Notes: a model not told the origin generated them from the sequence alone. A stretch of DNA of 64,000 nt from Opitutaceae bacterium (GCA_028280945.1 JANQKV010000030.1:100275-164274), one strand, 5' to 3'. Counted from the first letter of the stretch, positions 29,023-38,873 are shown. Numbers and translations: made by a program.

Positions 29023-29102
29023 GCCCAACGTTAGGGGTGAGGCACGGCGGCTAGCGACGGTGATATCATGTTCCTCGGGGGCGGATGCTGCAATGTTATC
29101 TC
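29023..29102 (-). repeat. partial attC-like site (R' and L' intact, R'' lost)
   Basis: 37/42 identical to the 27484 site; R' GTTGGGC; internal deletion, then AATGTTATCTC matching AATGTTGTCTC of the full site. Confidence 0.7.
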
Positions 29103-29260
29103 CGTTTCCTTCTGTAAAGATACGGAGACTGATGGCTCAGTGGCCTTCTGTGATCACCTCAGTGCACTCTGCTTAATAACTACCCTGGAGTAGTCTAAAT
29201 AGTGTTCTCCGCGTCTTTGCGCCTCCGCGTGAGTTGATTGCGGTGGCTGGGTTCCCAGTC

Positions 29261-29761
29261 TCAGAGGATCAATTCACGTTGGTGTTCGGTGATGTGATCG
29301 CGGGGAGGCGGTAAAGTCCCCGCGATGCCGTTGGGTTCAAATCTTTTGCTGGCGTAGAGGGCGATGGCGGGGGCGTTGTTGTCACCGACGTCGAGCAACA
29401 CCTTGGCGTGACCTTGTGACTCTGCCCAGGCCACGACTGCATCGACCAAGGCTCCCCCGACTCCGACGCCTCTCGCTTCCGGGGCCACCCACATGGAGAA
29501 GAGTCCGGCATGACCATCATAGGGCGCACTGCCGATCAGGCCCACGTCGTCACCGGCCTTGGTGGTGGCGAGAAAGGTGATCCGGTCATCACCGTTGAGG
29601 CGCTCACGCCAGTCGGTTTCGCCAAATGCCTCCTCCCGCGCCAATGTCGATCCAAACGCGTCGGGCGTGTCAGCCAACGCCCGCAGCCGGACGGGTCGAA
29701 CGCGCTCCCAGTCGTCGGGCTGCATACGAATGATGGAATACGAGAGGCTGGCGTGGGACAT
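29261..29761 (-). CDS. GNAT family N-acetyltransferase
   Basis: RLRALADTPDAF, SMWVAPEARGVGVG, N..AIALY...F. Confidence 0.9.
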   Translation of the reverse strand: MSHASLSYSIIRMQPDDWERVRPVRLRALADTPDAFGSTLAREEAFGETDWRERLNGDDRITFLATTKAGDDVGLIGSAPYDGHAGLFSMWVAPEARGVGVGGALVDAVVAWAESQGHAKVLLDVGDNNAPAIALYASKRFEPNGIAGTLPPPRDHITEHQRELIL

Positions 29762-29872
29762 GCAAGAAGGCGGTCGGTCGGATGAGAAAAGCGCGCGGAT
29801 TATTGCAAATACCAACGGCCGCGGTGGTGCGCTTGTCTACCAAAGGAACATCCCAAAATACGGGTGGAGCGA

Positions 29873-30949
29873 CTAGGGGCGAAACTCGAACAACGCGGCA
29901 AGGCGGGTCAGCAGTTGTCCCTGCTCATCCGGGGCCGAATGGAAGTAGCGGTGTTGGGATGTGGTCAGATTTTGGTCCCACCGTAGTTTTCGATCCGCTG
30001 AGATTGAGAATCCACCTTTCGTTCGAGTCACCGTTCCCGGTGCATTGCCGGACCGATCCATCACGGTGAAAAACACACCGAGGGGATCGCCGTAGAGGCT
30101 GACCGCATCGGGCACTTCGGCGGTATCCCGCCAGGGCGGAGGCGTTTGTGTGTAGTAGTGCACATAAGCCATGGTCACCGGATCGGTTTGGCTGGTTTCC
30201 TTGAGCTTGGTGGGAACATGGGCTTCGGCCGGCGCGGCCGTGTTGCCGGTCACCGTGCCCGTGAAGGTTTTTAGCCAATTTTCCAGTGCTGAAGGTTGGG
30301 ACGATTCGACATTGGTCCAATCGGGACAGTTTTCTGACACGCCCCCGTTGGGCAGGCACGGCGTGTAGGATACGATCTCGTCGATCTTCGCATCGACCAG
30401 ATCCGATCCGGGCAAGTCGCTGATGGCATCGGCGGGGGATTCCCAAAGCGCGTCGAAGCAAAGATACTCCCAATGTGCAATGGTATCGGCGTGCACGTAG
30501 ATGATGGTGTCGGTTTCGGAAGCTGCGGTCAGGATCTTCCGCAAGAGCCAGGCGGCGGCGGGAGCGGAGGCACTGGTCTGGTCGTGGGCAAACTTCGCGG
30601 TGACGAGACGGGCATAGCTGTTTTGATCAATGATCAGGTGGTGGTTGCCGCCTTTGATACCGATCGGAACGTCGGGATGGCCGAACGTCGTGTTCATCAC
30701 GTCGATCATGCCTACCACGGTATCGGAGCGCGTACTCGTCACTACGGCGAGGATTTCGCAATATCCCTGCGCGGCGAGGGCATTGAGAATGGTGAGCGCT
30801 CCAAGATCATCAATGTCGGAAGCAGAGGTGCCGTCCGCTGCCACACGGGCGATGTCGGTATCGAAAATAATCTTGGGCGGATCAGCCGGAACGGCGAATA
30901 AGCCGAAAGCCAATCCAAGGCAGAACGTGACTTTTAGTGCCGTCTTCAG
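29873..30949 (-). CDS. secreted nucleoside-hydrolase-fold protein
   Basis: KIIFDTD...DIDDLGAL, PDVPIG; signal peptide complete only if started at CTG 30949 (TTG 30913 is the alternative). Confidence 0.65.
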   Translation of the reverse strand: MKTALKVTFCLGLAFGLFAVPADPPKIIFDTDIARVAADGTSASDIDDLGALTILNALAAQGYCEILAVVTSTRSDTVVGMIDVMNTTFGHPDVPIGIKGGNHHLIIDQNSYARLVTAKFAHDQTSASAPAAAWLLRKILTAASETDTIIYVHADTIAHWEYLCFDALWESPADAISDLPGSDLVDAKIDEIVSYTPCLPNGGVSENCPDWTNVESSQPSALENWLKTFTGTVTGNTAAPAEAHVPTKLKETSQTDPVTMAYVHYYTQTPPPWRDTAEVPDAVSLYGDPLGVFFTVMDRSGNAPGTVTRTKGGFSISADRKLRWDQNLTTSQHRYFHSAPDEQGQLLTRLAALFEFRP

Positions 30950-32085
30950 GGGGTTGAGTTGTGGTTGCGCTTCAATTCCACCAACGCATGGAAGGCGCTC
31001 TTGGGTTGGTTTTGGCGGTCAAAGATGACCGGGTAGTCGGTGCGGCCGCGCATCGGCCAGTTGTTTTTCCAGCTGGAGCCGTCGTTGAGGTTCCAAAACG
31101 TCACCCGGCCCATCACGCTGCGGTGGCGCAGGAAGACGGTGAACAGGTCCCGGAAGTGAGCGTCCTGCTCGGCCTGCACTTCGGCAGGCAGGCCGTCGAC
31201 GTAGGGGTTCATTTCGGCGGAGAGTTCAAAGTCGACGGACAGGTCGGCGCCCCACAGGCCTTCTTCGGGGAAGGGCAGCACGGATACGTCGAGCTCGGTG
31301 ATCATGACTTCCACACCAAGCTCGCCGAACGCGATGATCGCGTCCTCAAGCAGGTCCAACGGTGGATGCCCCAGTCCGTAGTGGCCCTGGATGCCGATGC
31401 CATGTACGGGGATGCCGCGTGCCTGCAGGTCCCTGACCAATGCCACAACGGCGTCGCGCTTAGCCGGTTTGTAGAGATTGTAGTCGTTATAGTAGAGCTT
31501 CGCCGACGGATCGGCGGCACGTGCCATCGCAAAGGTCTCGGCGATGTAGTCATCACCAAGGATTTCTCGCCAACGGGTGTCTCGCCAGGAACCATCCTCG
31601 TTAAAAGCTTCGTTAACCACATCCCAACCGTGGATGCGCCCGGCGTAGCGACCCACCACGGTTTTAATGTGGGTGTGCAGACGTTGTCGGAGCAGTTCGC
31701 GGCTGGCGGGTTGGCCATCCTCATCTTCAAACACCCAGTCCGGCGTCTGATTGTGCCAGAGCAAAGTGTGCCCGATGACGGTGGCATCGTTGCGTTCTCC
31801 CAGTGCGACCAAGGCATCGGCGGACGCGAAGTTGAATTCACCTTCCAGCGGCTGCATGCGCTCCCACTTCATTTCATTTTCCGCCGTGTAGGAATTGAAG
31901 TGCGTGTTGATGACCTGCCGATCCGACGAGACGTCGCCCGCGATCTGGCTGGCATTGAGAGCAACGCCGAGTCGGAAACTGTCGGCATAGAGTTCGGCGA
32001 GGGAGGGCACGGTTGAGGGAGTTACGGCCCACAACAGGTTCGCCGCGAGCACCATTCCGCCGAGAGCGAGGGGTAATCGTTTCAT
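30946..32085 (-). CDS. GH10 endo-1,4-beta-xylanase
   Basis: ENEMKW, GHTLLWH, WDVVNE, YNDYN, IQGH, ITELD, VTFW; signal peptide. Confidence 0.95.
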   Translation of the reverse strand: MKRLPLALGGMVLAANLLWAVTPSTVPSLAELYADSFRLGVALNASQIAGDVSSDRQVINTHFNSYTAENEMKWERMQPLEGEFNFASADALVALGERNDATVIGHTLLWHNQTPDWVFEDEDGQPASRELLRQRLHTHIKTVVGRYAGRIHGWDVVNEAFNEDGSWRDTRWREILGDDYIAETFAMARAADPSAKLYYNDYNLYKPAKRDAVVALVRDLQARGIPVHGIGIQGHYGLGHPPLDLLEDAIIAFGELGVEVMITELDVSVLPFPEEGLWGADLSVDFELSAEMNPYVDGLPAEVQAEQDAHFRDLFTVFLRHRSVMGRVTFWNLNDGSSWKNNWPMRGRTDYPVIFDRQNQPKSAFHALVELKRNHNSTP

Positions 32086-32112
32086 ACAGAAGGGTCCCCG
32101 CCGCCGACCCGG

Positions 32113-33327
32113 CTAGTAAGCCTGCATCAGTTCTAACAGTTTACGGTCGAGCTGGTGCCCATGGTAATCTTCGTAGGCGACGTCGGTTCTTTCGCTGTCG
32201 AGAATGCCAAAGCTGCCGCGCAGGTTCCACAGGCCGAAGCCCCAGCCCGCCCGCTTCCATTCGGCAAGGTTGTCCTCGAACCAACTCAGGAACACGTCGT
32301 GCGGCGTTTGGTTGTAGCAGCCGCATTCGCCCACGTGCACACCCACCCCCATCGACTCGAGTTCCTGCCAGGGTTCAATGTTTTCCTCGCGCAGGTTGGC
32401 GCGGTCCAACGGACCGGGTGGAGTGGGGTTGGCGAAGCGGGGTTCGTAGATGGTGTTGGCGGAAAATACACCCCGCAGGCGTGCCCATTCGGCGGCCTTG
32501 GACTCAATCGTCTGGCCTGACTCCATCGGCCAAGTCGGCACATCCCATTCATCGGAGCCACCCACCCAGCTGGCCTTGTAGTGGGTCAGTCGATGCGGGT
32601 GATAGCCGCGGGTGCTCTGAGCCACGTTCAATTCGGCCAGCATGGGAACACCAACACGTCCCCAGCCGAGCCCATCGGCGATGATCAGGCGCTCGGGGTC
32701 GTGTTCACGAATCGCCTCGACCAGCGCTTTGACCACGCGGTGGTAGGTCACATCGTCGAGCCACTCACCGGTGTCCCAATCCATGACGGCGGGCTCGTTC
32801 ACGAGGTCGAAACTCAAGTGTGAGCTGGGGATGCCTTTAAACCGTTCGGCAAAGGCCGCCCAGTGATGCACGCAGGCGTCGAGGGCCTCCTGATCCTTCC
32901 AGAGGTTAAACGGCTCGGTCTGGCCGCGATCCACGGAGTAACCCGGAGCGCGATGGAAATTGATGGAGATGTGGACATTGTGCTGGCGTCCATACTCGAG
33001 GGCCTGGTCGATTTCCTGCAGCACACTCTCATCCATCTCCTGCCAGTTGTCCGGGGTCGACCAGCAGCGGTAGGACATTGGCAGGCGGGCGAAATCGAAA
33101 CCGAGGTCGGCAATCATTTCGAAGTCCGATTCAAAATAGGCGCGGTTCAGGTCCGGGACCCGGGCAATGAATTTTTCGAGCAGATTAAAACCGCGCCAAC
33201 GTGGCAGCTTTGCTGGTGAGGGCATGGGCAGGCCGGATTCGGTGGCAGGGGCGCAACCACTGAGTCCCACCAAGCTGGAAGTCGCGGCGGCGGCCGAACA
33301 CGTTTTGATGAAGTCGCGTCGTTTCAT
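32113..33327 (-). CDS. GH5 glycoside hydrolase, Tat lipoprotein
   Basis: MKRRDFIK Tat motif, LSGC lipobox, RGFNL, DLVNEP acid/base, VGECG nucleophile. Confidence 0.9.
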   Translation of the reverse strand: MKRRDFIKTCSAAAATSSLVGLSGCAPATESGLPMPSPAKLPRWRGFNLLEKFIARVPDLNRAYFESDFEMIADLGFDFARLPMSYRCWSTPDNWQEMDESVLQEIDQALEYGRQHNVHISINFHRAPGYSVDRGQTEPFNLWKDQEALDACVHHWAAFAERFKGIPSSHLSFDLVNEPAVMDWDTGEWLDDVTYHRVVKALVEAIREHDPERLIIADGLGWGRVGVPMLAELNVAQSTRGYHPHRLTHYKASWVGGSDEWDVPTWPMESGQTIESKAAEWARLRGVFSANTIYEPRFANPTPPGPLDRANLREENIEPWQELESMGVGVHVGECGCYNQTPHDVFLSWFEDNLAEWKRAGWGFGLWNLRGSFGILDSERTDVAYEDYHGHQLDRKLLELMQAY

Positions 33328-33506
33328 GATGAGGAAAGGGGTGTTCTCGAAACGGATGAAACCGTCTCATCTTATCACCTCATCAGAGGCCGCTGCCGGG
33401 ACGAAAACAAGATCACTCGGCCGTTGAAGTGGTCAATTGTAGATGAAGGTTAAGCCGTTGCAGTTAAGGCGGACGTGATGCTCAAATTCACGACCGTTGC
33501 CACGGC

Positions 33507-33857
33507 TCACCACAGCACGGCGGCGGCGATGAATTCGCCGGCCACGATAATAAAAACCAGCACGATGATCGGAATGTATTCCCACTTGGTTTCAGGCTCG
33601 GCATTGGCCTCATACATCTGCAGGGCATCCGGCTCCGCTTCGTCCTGATCCAACAGACGAAGGAAAAAAACCAACAAGCCCACCAATCCGGCGAAAGCGG
33701 TAAACGCCATCACCGCAACCCGCAGATCCTGGGAACCAACATAATAAAACGTCGCTTTGATGCCGCCGAACAAAGCCGGTGCAAAGTAGGGGTTCATGCG
33801 CCGCCTGGCCGTCGCAAAGACGACAACCAGCAGCACCAGATTCACCAAGACGCCCAT
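33507..33857 (-). CDS. small hypothetical membrane protein
   Basis: 116 aa with about 4 hydrophobic segments; co-oriented behind cdd. Confidence 0.6.
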   Translation of the reverse strand: MGVLVNLVLLVVVFATARRRMNPYFAPALFGGIKATFYYVGSQDLRVAVMAFTAFAGLVGLLVFFLRLLDQDEAEPDALQMYEANAEPETKWEYIPIIVLVFIIVAGEFIAAAVLW

Positions 33858-33872
33858 GCGTCGCTCTGCTGC

Positions 33873-34289
33873 TTACGTGACACCGGTCTCGCCGAGGTTA
33901 TCCGGACCGAAGGAGTCGGGCAAAAGTTCGGACAATGTGGTTTCGATCCGCTCGGGTCCCTTGCACGTGGCGATGATTTTGATGTCGGTACCGAACTCGC
34001 GCATCACTTGGCGGCAGGCTCCACAGGGGGCCGTGGGTTTGAGCGTGGGCGTATGGATGGCCACGGCGGTGATCTTGGTTTCGCCCGCGGCGACGGCGGC
34101 AAAGATGGCGGCGCGCTCGGCACAAATGGTGAGGCCGAACGAGGCGTTCTCGACGTTGCAGCCCGAAAACTGGGTGCCGTTCGCCGTCAGCACCGCGGCT
34201 CCAACCGGGAACTTGGAGTAGGGGGCATAGGCGTTTTCGGCGGCGCGTTGCGCGGTCTGTTCCAGGGCGGCGAGCGAGAGGGGGTTCAT
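33873..34289 (-). CDS. cdd: cytidine deaminase
   Basis: AYAPYS.FPVGAA, NVENAS, CAER, PCGACRQ. Confidence 0.95.
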   Translation of the reverse strand: MNPLSLAALEQTAQRAAENAYAPYSKFPVGAAVLTANGTQFSGCNVENASFGLTICAERAAIFAAVAAGETKITAVAIHTPTLKPTAPCGACRQVMREFGTDIKIIATCKGPERIETTLSELLPDSFGPDNLGETGVT

Positions 34290-34380
34290 GGGGATTTTCG
34301 AATTACGATTTACGAATGACAAATTCTCAACCTGCGGAGGCAGGTTCGCCGTCGCTGTAAGAGTGGTTGGTGAGGCCGAT

Positions 34381-35571
34381 TCAGATGCCGAATTCGGCTT
34401 TCACTTTCGTGAAAGCGGCGATGGCGCGGTCGAGTTGATCGCGGGTGTGGGCGGCGCAGACCTGGGTGCGAATCCGGGCCTGACCGCGGGGCACAACCGG
34501 GAAAAAGAATCCGATGGCATAGATGCCGAGCTCGAGCAGTCGGGCGGAGACTTTTTGCGAAAGGGCGGCATCGCCGACCATGACCGGCACAATCGGGTGC
34601 TCCCCGGGTTGCAAGGTGAGTCCGGCTGCCTCGAGGCCGGCGCGGTAGTAGCGTGTGTTTTCCTCAAGACGATCACGCAGCTCGGTAGAGGTAGTGAGCA
34701 TCTCCAGGGCCGCCAATGAGCCGGCGGCGATGGTGGGAGCGAGGGTGTTGGAAAACAGGTAGGGACGGGCGCGCTGGCGCAGCAGGTCGACGATTTCCTT
34801 GCGACCACTCACGTAACCACCACTGGCCCCGCCGAGAGCCTTGCCCAGCGTGCCGGTGTTGATGTCAATGCGGCTGACCATGTCATGGTGTTCCGGAGTA
34901 CCGCGCCCGGTGCGGCCGAGGAAGCCCGCCGCATGACAGTCGTCGATCATCACCATGGCATCGTAACGCTCGGCAAGGTCGCAGATCTCGGGCAGCGGCG
35001 CGATGAAGCCGTCCATCGAGAACACCCCGTCGGTGACCACCAATTTGAAGCGCGCCCCGGCCGCGTCGGCGGCCTGCAACTGGGTCTCCAGGTCGGCCAT
35101 GTCGCGATTGGCGTAGCGGTAGCGCTGAGCCTTGCAGAGTCGAATGCCGTCGATGATCGAGGCATGGTTGAGGGCGTCGCTGATCACGGCGTCCTCCTTG
35201 GTGAGCAGGGTTTCGAAGACCCCGCCGTTGGCGTCGAAACAGGACGAAAACAGGATGGTGTCCTCAGTGCCGAGGAAGGCGGTCAGGGTGTTCTCGAGTT
35301 CGCGGTGAATTCCCTGCGTACCGCAGATGAAGCGCACCGACGCGGCGCCGTAGCCCCAGCGGTCGAGGGCGGCATGCGCGGCCTCGACCAGGCGGGGATC
35401 ATTGCCGAGGCCGAGGTAATTGTTTGCGCAGAAATTGAGCACGGTGCGGCCATCATCGAGTTGAACCTCGGTGCCTTGGGGGGAGCCGATGATCCGCTCC
35501 GTTTTGTAGAGCCCATCAGACTCGATCGTCGCGAGGATCGATTGCAGGTGTTGGCGAAATGCGTCGTTCAT
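34381..35571 (-). CDS. kbl: 2-amino-3-ketobutyrate CoA ligase (glycine C-acetyltransferase)
   Basis: [34 protein letters not shown]; downstream of tdh. Confidence 0.96.
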   Translation of the reverse strand: MNDAFRQHLQSILATIESDGLYKTERIIGSPQGTEVQLDDGRTVLNFCANNYLGLGNDPRLVEAAHAALDRWGYGAASVRFICGTQGIHRELENTLTAFLGTEDTILFSSCFDANGGVFETLLTKEDAVISDALNHASIIDGIRLCKAQRYRYANRDMADLETQLQAADAAGARFKLVVTDGVFSMDGFIAPLPEICDLAERYDAMVMIDDCHAAGFLGRTGRGTPEHHDMVSRIDINTGTLGKALGGASGGYVSGRKEIVDLLRQRARPYLFSNTLAPTIAAGSLAALEMLTTSTELRDRLEENTRYYRAGLEAAGLTLQPGEHPIVPVMVGDAALSQKVSARLLELGIYAIGFFFPVVPRGQARIRTQVCAAHTRDQLDRAIAAFTKVKAEFGI

Positions 35572-35643
35572 AAACTTGGATTTTTTAACCGCAGATGGAC
35601 TCAGATAAAAAGGAAGGCTCCAGCTAAGCACCATTCACTGAAA

Positions 35644-35685
35644 TCTGATTTCCTCCTTCTGACTTCTTACTTCCTTTATCCTCCT
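35644..35685. repeat. 7-nt-period short tandem array between tdh and kbl
   Basis: TCTGATT TCCTCCT TCTGACT TCTTACT TCCTTTA TCCTCCT. Confidence 0.65.
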
Positions 35686-36728
35686 TCTTCCCAGTCGAGG
35701 ATGATTTTGCCGGATTTGCCGGAGGCCATGAGTTCAAAGCCGTAGGCAAAGTCCGTGCAATTGAGGCGGTGGGAAATGACCGGGCTGATATCGAGACCGG
35801 CCTGAATCAGGGCGGTCATTTTATACCAGGTTTCATAAATCTCGCGGCCATAAATGCCGCGCAGGGTCAGCATGTTGAAGACAACCTTGTTCCAGTCGAT
35901 GGCGGCTTCCCCGGGCATGATGCCGAGCAGGGAAATCCTTCCGCCGTGGGCCATGTTCGCGATCATGTCGCGCAAGGCGACGGGGTTGCCCGACATCTCC
36001 AGGCCGATGTCGAAACCCTCCTTCATACCGAGGCTTTTTTGAACATCGGCCAGGCTGGCATTTCGCACGTCGACGGTGGTGATTGCCCCCATGGAATCGG
36101 CGATGGCGAGCCGGTCGGGATTGACGTCTGTGATGACGACATGGCGGGCGGCGGACTTGCGCGCAATGGCGGCGGCCATGCAACCGATGGGTCCGGCGCC
36201 GGTGATCAGCACGTCTTCCCCCACGAGGTCCCATTGCAGGGCAGCGTGCGTGGCGTTGCCCAGTGGATCGAAACAAGAAAGCACGTCGAGCGGGATATCG
36301 GGATCGACCTTTACCACATTGGTGGCGGGAATGCAGAGGTAGTCGGCGAATGCCCCATCCCGATTCACGCCGACTCCCTTGGTGTCGTTGCAAAGATGCC
36401 GCCGTCCGGCGTGACAGTTGCGGCATTGCCCGCAGGTGATGTGGCCTTCGCCGTCGACCAAGTCACCAACATCCACTTCCACGACTTGATCTCCCTTGGC
36501 CACAACTTCCCCAACAAATTCGTGACCGATGATCATGGGTGGTTTGATCGTCTGTTGAGCCCAACTGTCCCACTGGTGGATGTGCACGTCGGTGCCACAG
36601 ATCGACGTGCGTTTCACGCGGATCAATACATCCGTCGGACCGGGCTCGGGCACGGGAGCCTCGATCATCTCGAGCCCGGGAGCGGGCGCGAGTTTGGCCA
36701 GAGCGCGCATGCTGGAAGGGAGAGTCAT
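35676..36728 (-). CDS. tdh: L-threonine 3-dehydrogenase
   Basis: ICGTDVH, GHEFVG, CGQCRNC...[16 protein letters not shown]. Confidence 0.96.
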   Translation of the reverse strand: MTLPSSMRALAKLAPAPGLEMIEAPVPEPGPTDVLIRVKRTSICGTDVHIHQWDSWAQQTIKPPMIIGHEFVGEVVAKGDQVVEVDVGDLVDGEGHITCGQCRNCHAGRRHLCNDTKGVGVNRDGAFADYLCIPATNVVKVDPDIPLDVLSCFDPLGNATHAALQWDLVGEDVLITGAGPIGCMAAAIARKSAARHVVITDVNPDRLAIADSMGAITTVDVRNASLADVQKSLGMKEGFDIGLEMSGNPVALRDMIANMAHGGRISLLGIMPGEAAIDWNKVVFNMLTLRGIYGREIYETWYKMTALIQAGLDISPVISHRLNCTDFAYGFELMASGKSGKIILDWEEGG

Positions 36729-36850
36729 GCCTGCAGGCTATGACGCCAACCGGGCCAAACAACGGGAATTCTGAAAATAAGTCATCTTTTCTCCTGAAAT
36801 TTCAGAGACAGGAGGAGGGTAGCGAGCAGGCGTTGCGAGTGGGCTGACAG

Positions 36851-37486
36851 CTAGGCACTATCCGGCAGGTCGGTCTTGAGGGAGCGCCAGAGATACCAAC
36901 AGGCAACGCTGCGCCACGGGCGCCATTTCTCGGCATGACGGATTAGCTGAGTGGGCGTGATTTTGCGGCCGCGGCGAAAGAACCGGCTGAACGCGAGGCG
37001 GATGGCGAAGTCTCCGGTGGGCAGCACATCGGGCCGGCCCAGTTTAAACATCAACAGCATGTGCACGGTCCACGGACCGATGCCGCGCACTTGGGTCATA
37101 CACTCGACCAGTTCATCATCAGACATGCGGGCGGCGGCCCGTCCGGTGGGCACGATGCCCTGTTCAGTTTTGGCGGCGAGATCGCGAATGGCGCGCAGTT
37201 TTGCGGCGGAGAGCCCGGCGGCGCGCAACGGTTCGTCATTGAGGGCCATGATCGCCGCGGGTGTGGGCGGTGTGCCGGTCAGCGCGAGCATGCGGCGATG
37301 AATGCTGCGAGCGGCTTTGCCATGGAGTTGTTGGCCTACAATGGCACTCAACAAGGATGGGAAAAGCCCGCTGCTGCGATGAAGCTGGAGTTCAAACGGA
37401 CCGCAACGATCGATGATTGCGGCCAGCTTGGGATCAGCTTGCCGGAGATGAGTGATCGCTACCGAGCTGTCATAGCGGGGTTTCAC
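36851..37486 (-). CDS. alkA: DNA-3-methyladenine glycosylase II (AlkA-like, HhH-GPD)
   Basis: IVGQQ, GLS..K, RGIGPWT, DVLPTGD, W.PWRS; GTG overlapping the ogt stop. Confidence 0.85.
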   Translation of the reverse strand: MKPRYDSSVAITHLRQADPKLAAIIDRCGPFELQLHRSSGLFPSLLSAIVGQQLHGKAARSIHRRMLALTGTPPTPAAIMALNDEPLRAAGLSAAKLRAIRDLAAKTEQGIVPTGRAAARMSDDELVECMTQVRGIGPWTVHMLLMFKLGRPDVLPTGDFAIRLAFSRFFRRGRKITPTQLIRHAEKWRPWRSVACWYLWRSLKTDLPDSA

Positions 37487-37962
37487 ACCGCGAACAGTTG
37501 GTTTCCTTCGATGGCGAGCAATTTGAGTTTGGTGTCGATGCCTCCCGGGGCGGAGAACCCGGTCATTTTGCCGTTGGCCCCAACAAAACGATGGCACGGC
37601 ACCAGGAGTGGCCAGGGGTTTTGCCCGAGGGCCACGCCTACCGCGCGGCTGACAGCGGGTTCCTCGCCGATCGCCTTGGCGAGATCGCCATACGTGGCCG
37701 TGTGACCGGATTTTGTCTGCAATGCCGCCTGGTAAACCCGCCGCTGAAACGGGGTCACCGCGGTCCACGCCAGCGCGACATCGGCGAAGTCCTCACCTCC
37801 GGTTTGCAGGTGCTTTTGCACCCGGCTGATGACCGGCTGCAACCAAGCTGGTGGGTCGACGGAGTCCTGCTCCGTCGTAAGCAGCATGAATCGGGTGACG
37901 GATTCTCCGTCCCACCAAATCGAGCAGGGACCGATGGCGGTCGGGAAGGTGTGAACAAGCAT
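37483..37962 (-). CDS. ogt: methylated-DNA--protein-cysteine methyltransferase
   Basis: TYG..A, SRAVG, NP...VPCHR, K..LLAIEG. Confidence 0.92.
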   Translation of the reverse strand: MLVHTFPTAIGPCSIWWDGESVTRFMLLTTEQDSVDPPAWLQPVISRVQKHLQTGGEDFADVALAWTAVTPFQRRVYQAALQTKSGHTATYGDLAKAIGEEPAVSRAVGVALGQNPWPLLVPCHRFVGANGKMTGFSAPGGIDTKLKLLAIEGNQLFAV

Positions 37963-37996
37963 GGGGTCAGGATGTCGGCCGAGGCGAACTTGTCCA
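37963..37996 (-). promoter_or_regulatory. putative promoter for leaderless ogt-alkA transcript
   Basis: - strand: TGGACA, 16 nt, CATCCT, 6 nt, ATG. Confidence 0.5.
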
Positions 37997-38189
37997 GATG
38001 CGCGACCGCTGATTTTCAGGCAGGGATGTTTTTGAAATACGAGGGACGATTTACGAAAGATAAATGCGGTGGGGCAGGCGGGAGATGCGCGATGCCGTTT
38101 ATCCTGCTGGCTTAGGCAAGAAGGTCGCGAAGAATGCCAAGAGAGATGAAGCCACTCTTTCGATAAAGGAAAGGTTGGGGTATGCTTCG

Positions 38190-38873
38190 CTATGGATGGG
38201 TAATTTGCAGCATCTCGTTGGCGCCAATAGCGAACTCGTAATTTACCGGCACAATGTTGGCCTGGAAGTGGTGTGTCGCCAGCGATTGCACAACCGGTTC
38301 CAGCCAGGCTGATCTTTTGCCCTGCAGGTCAAGCAGCGGGAAGATGCGCACTTCACCCGCAACCCGGCACAGCTCTTTTACTGACCGGAGATGAAATTCG
38401 AGACCGAGCATTGAACTGTAGAGAAACAGAAGGTGGGAGGAGAGGGCCAAATCGAACTGGGCGTCTTCGAAAGGCAGATCCGGCAATTCACCCTTCACGT
38501 AACGCGTGGTGGCATCGGGACTGCGGTAGTCCTCCAAAAACCGGTCCATGGTTTGGCGTCGCTGGTGGCCGAGGTCTTCCACAGACGAGAATTCGGTCCA
38601 TTTAAACTGCTGCTGATTGAGTCGGGTTTGCCCCAGGACTTCATCGGCTGTCGCTTTGATGCGGGTCGTGATTTGATCAGCGGAGAACGCATAGATCGGA
38701 TCAACCGAGATGTAGTTGCCGGCTTTCCCTGTGACCTCGGCGTTCACGCTGGCGGGACCATCGCCACAGCCCACGATCTTCTTGGCGAGGTCGTCCCCGG
38801 TCAAAGCGAACATCCGCTGGTATTCATCGAGCGAGCGGCCCCAAGGCACTACGTCTGACAATTCAAAGCTCAT
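38190..38873 (-). CDS. class I SAM-dependent methyltransferase
   Basis: GRSLDEY..MF, CGDGPAS, LPF....FDLALSSHLLF, EVRIFPL; start uncertain. Confidence 0.75.
   Translation of the reverse strand: MSFELSDVVPWGRSLDEYQRMFALTGDDLAKKIVGCGDGPASVNAEVTGKAGNYISVDPIYAFSADQITTRIKATADEVLGQTRLNQQQFKWTEFSSVEDLGHQRRQTMDRFLEDYRSPDATTRYVKGELPDLPFEDAQFDLALSSHLLFLYSSMLGLEFHLRSVKELCRVAGEVRIFPLLDLQGKRSAWLEPVVQSLATHHFQANIVPVNYEFAIGANEMLQITHP

Larger units (their letters stand above)
27042..29102 (-). mobile_element. cluster of attC sites lacking an integron-integrase (CALIN-like cassette array, 4 cassettes)
   Basis: Three complete attC-like sites of 117-119 nt and one partial site separate five short co-oriented AT-richer genes; R'/R'' ends of individual cassettes are complementary; no tyrosine recombinase in the window. 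Confidence 0.75.

Noticed and set aside
27484-29102. Repeats as a CRISPR array
   Set aside because: Repeats are ~117 nt, separated by whole genes of unequal length, and no cas genes are present.
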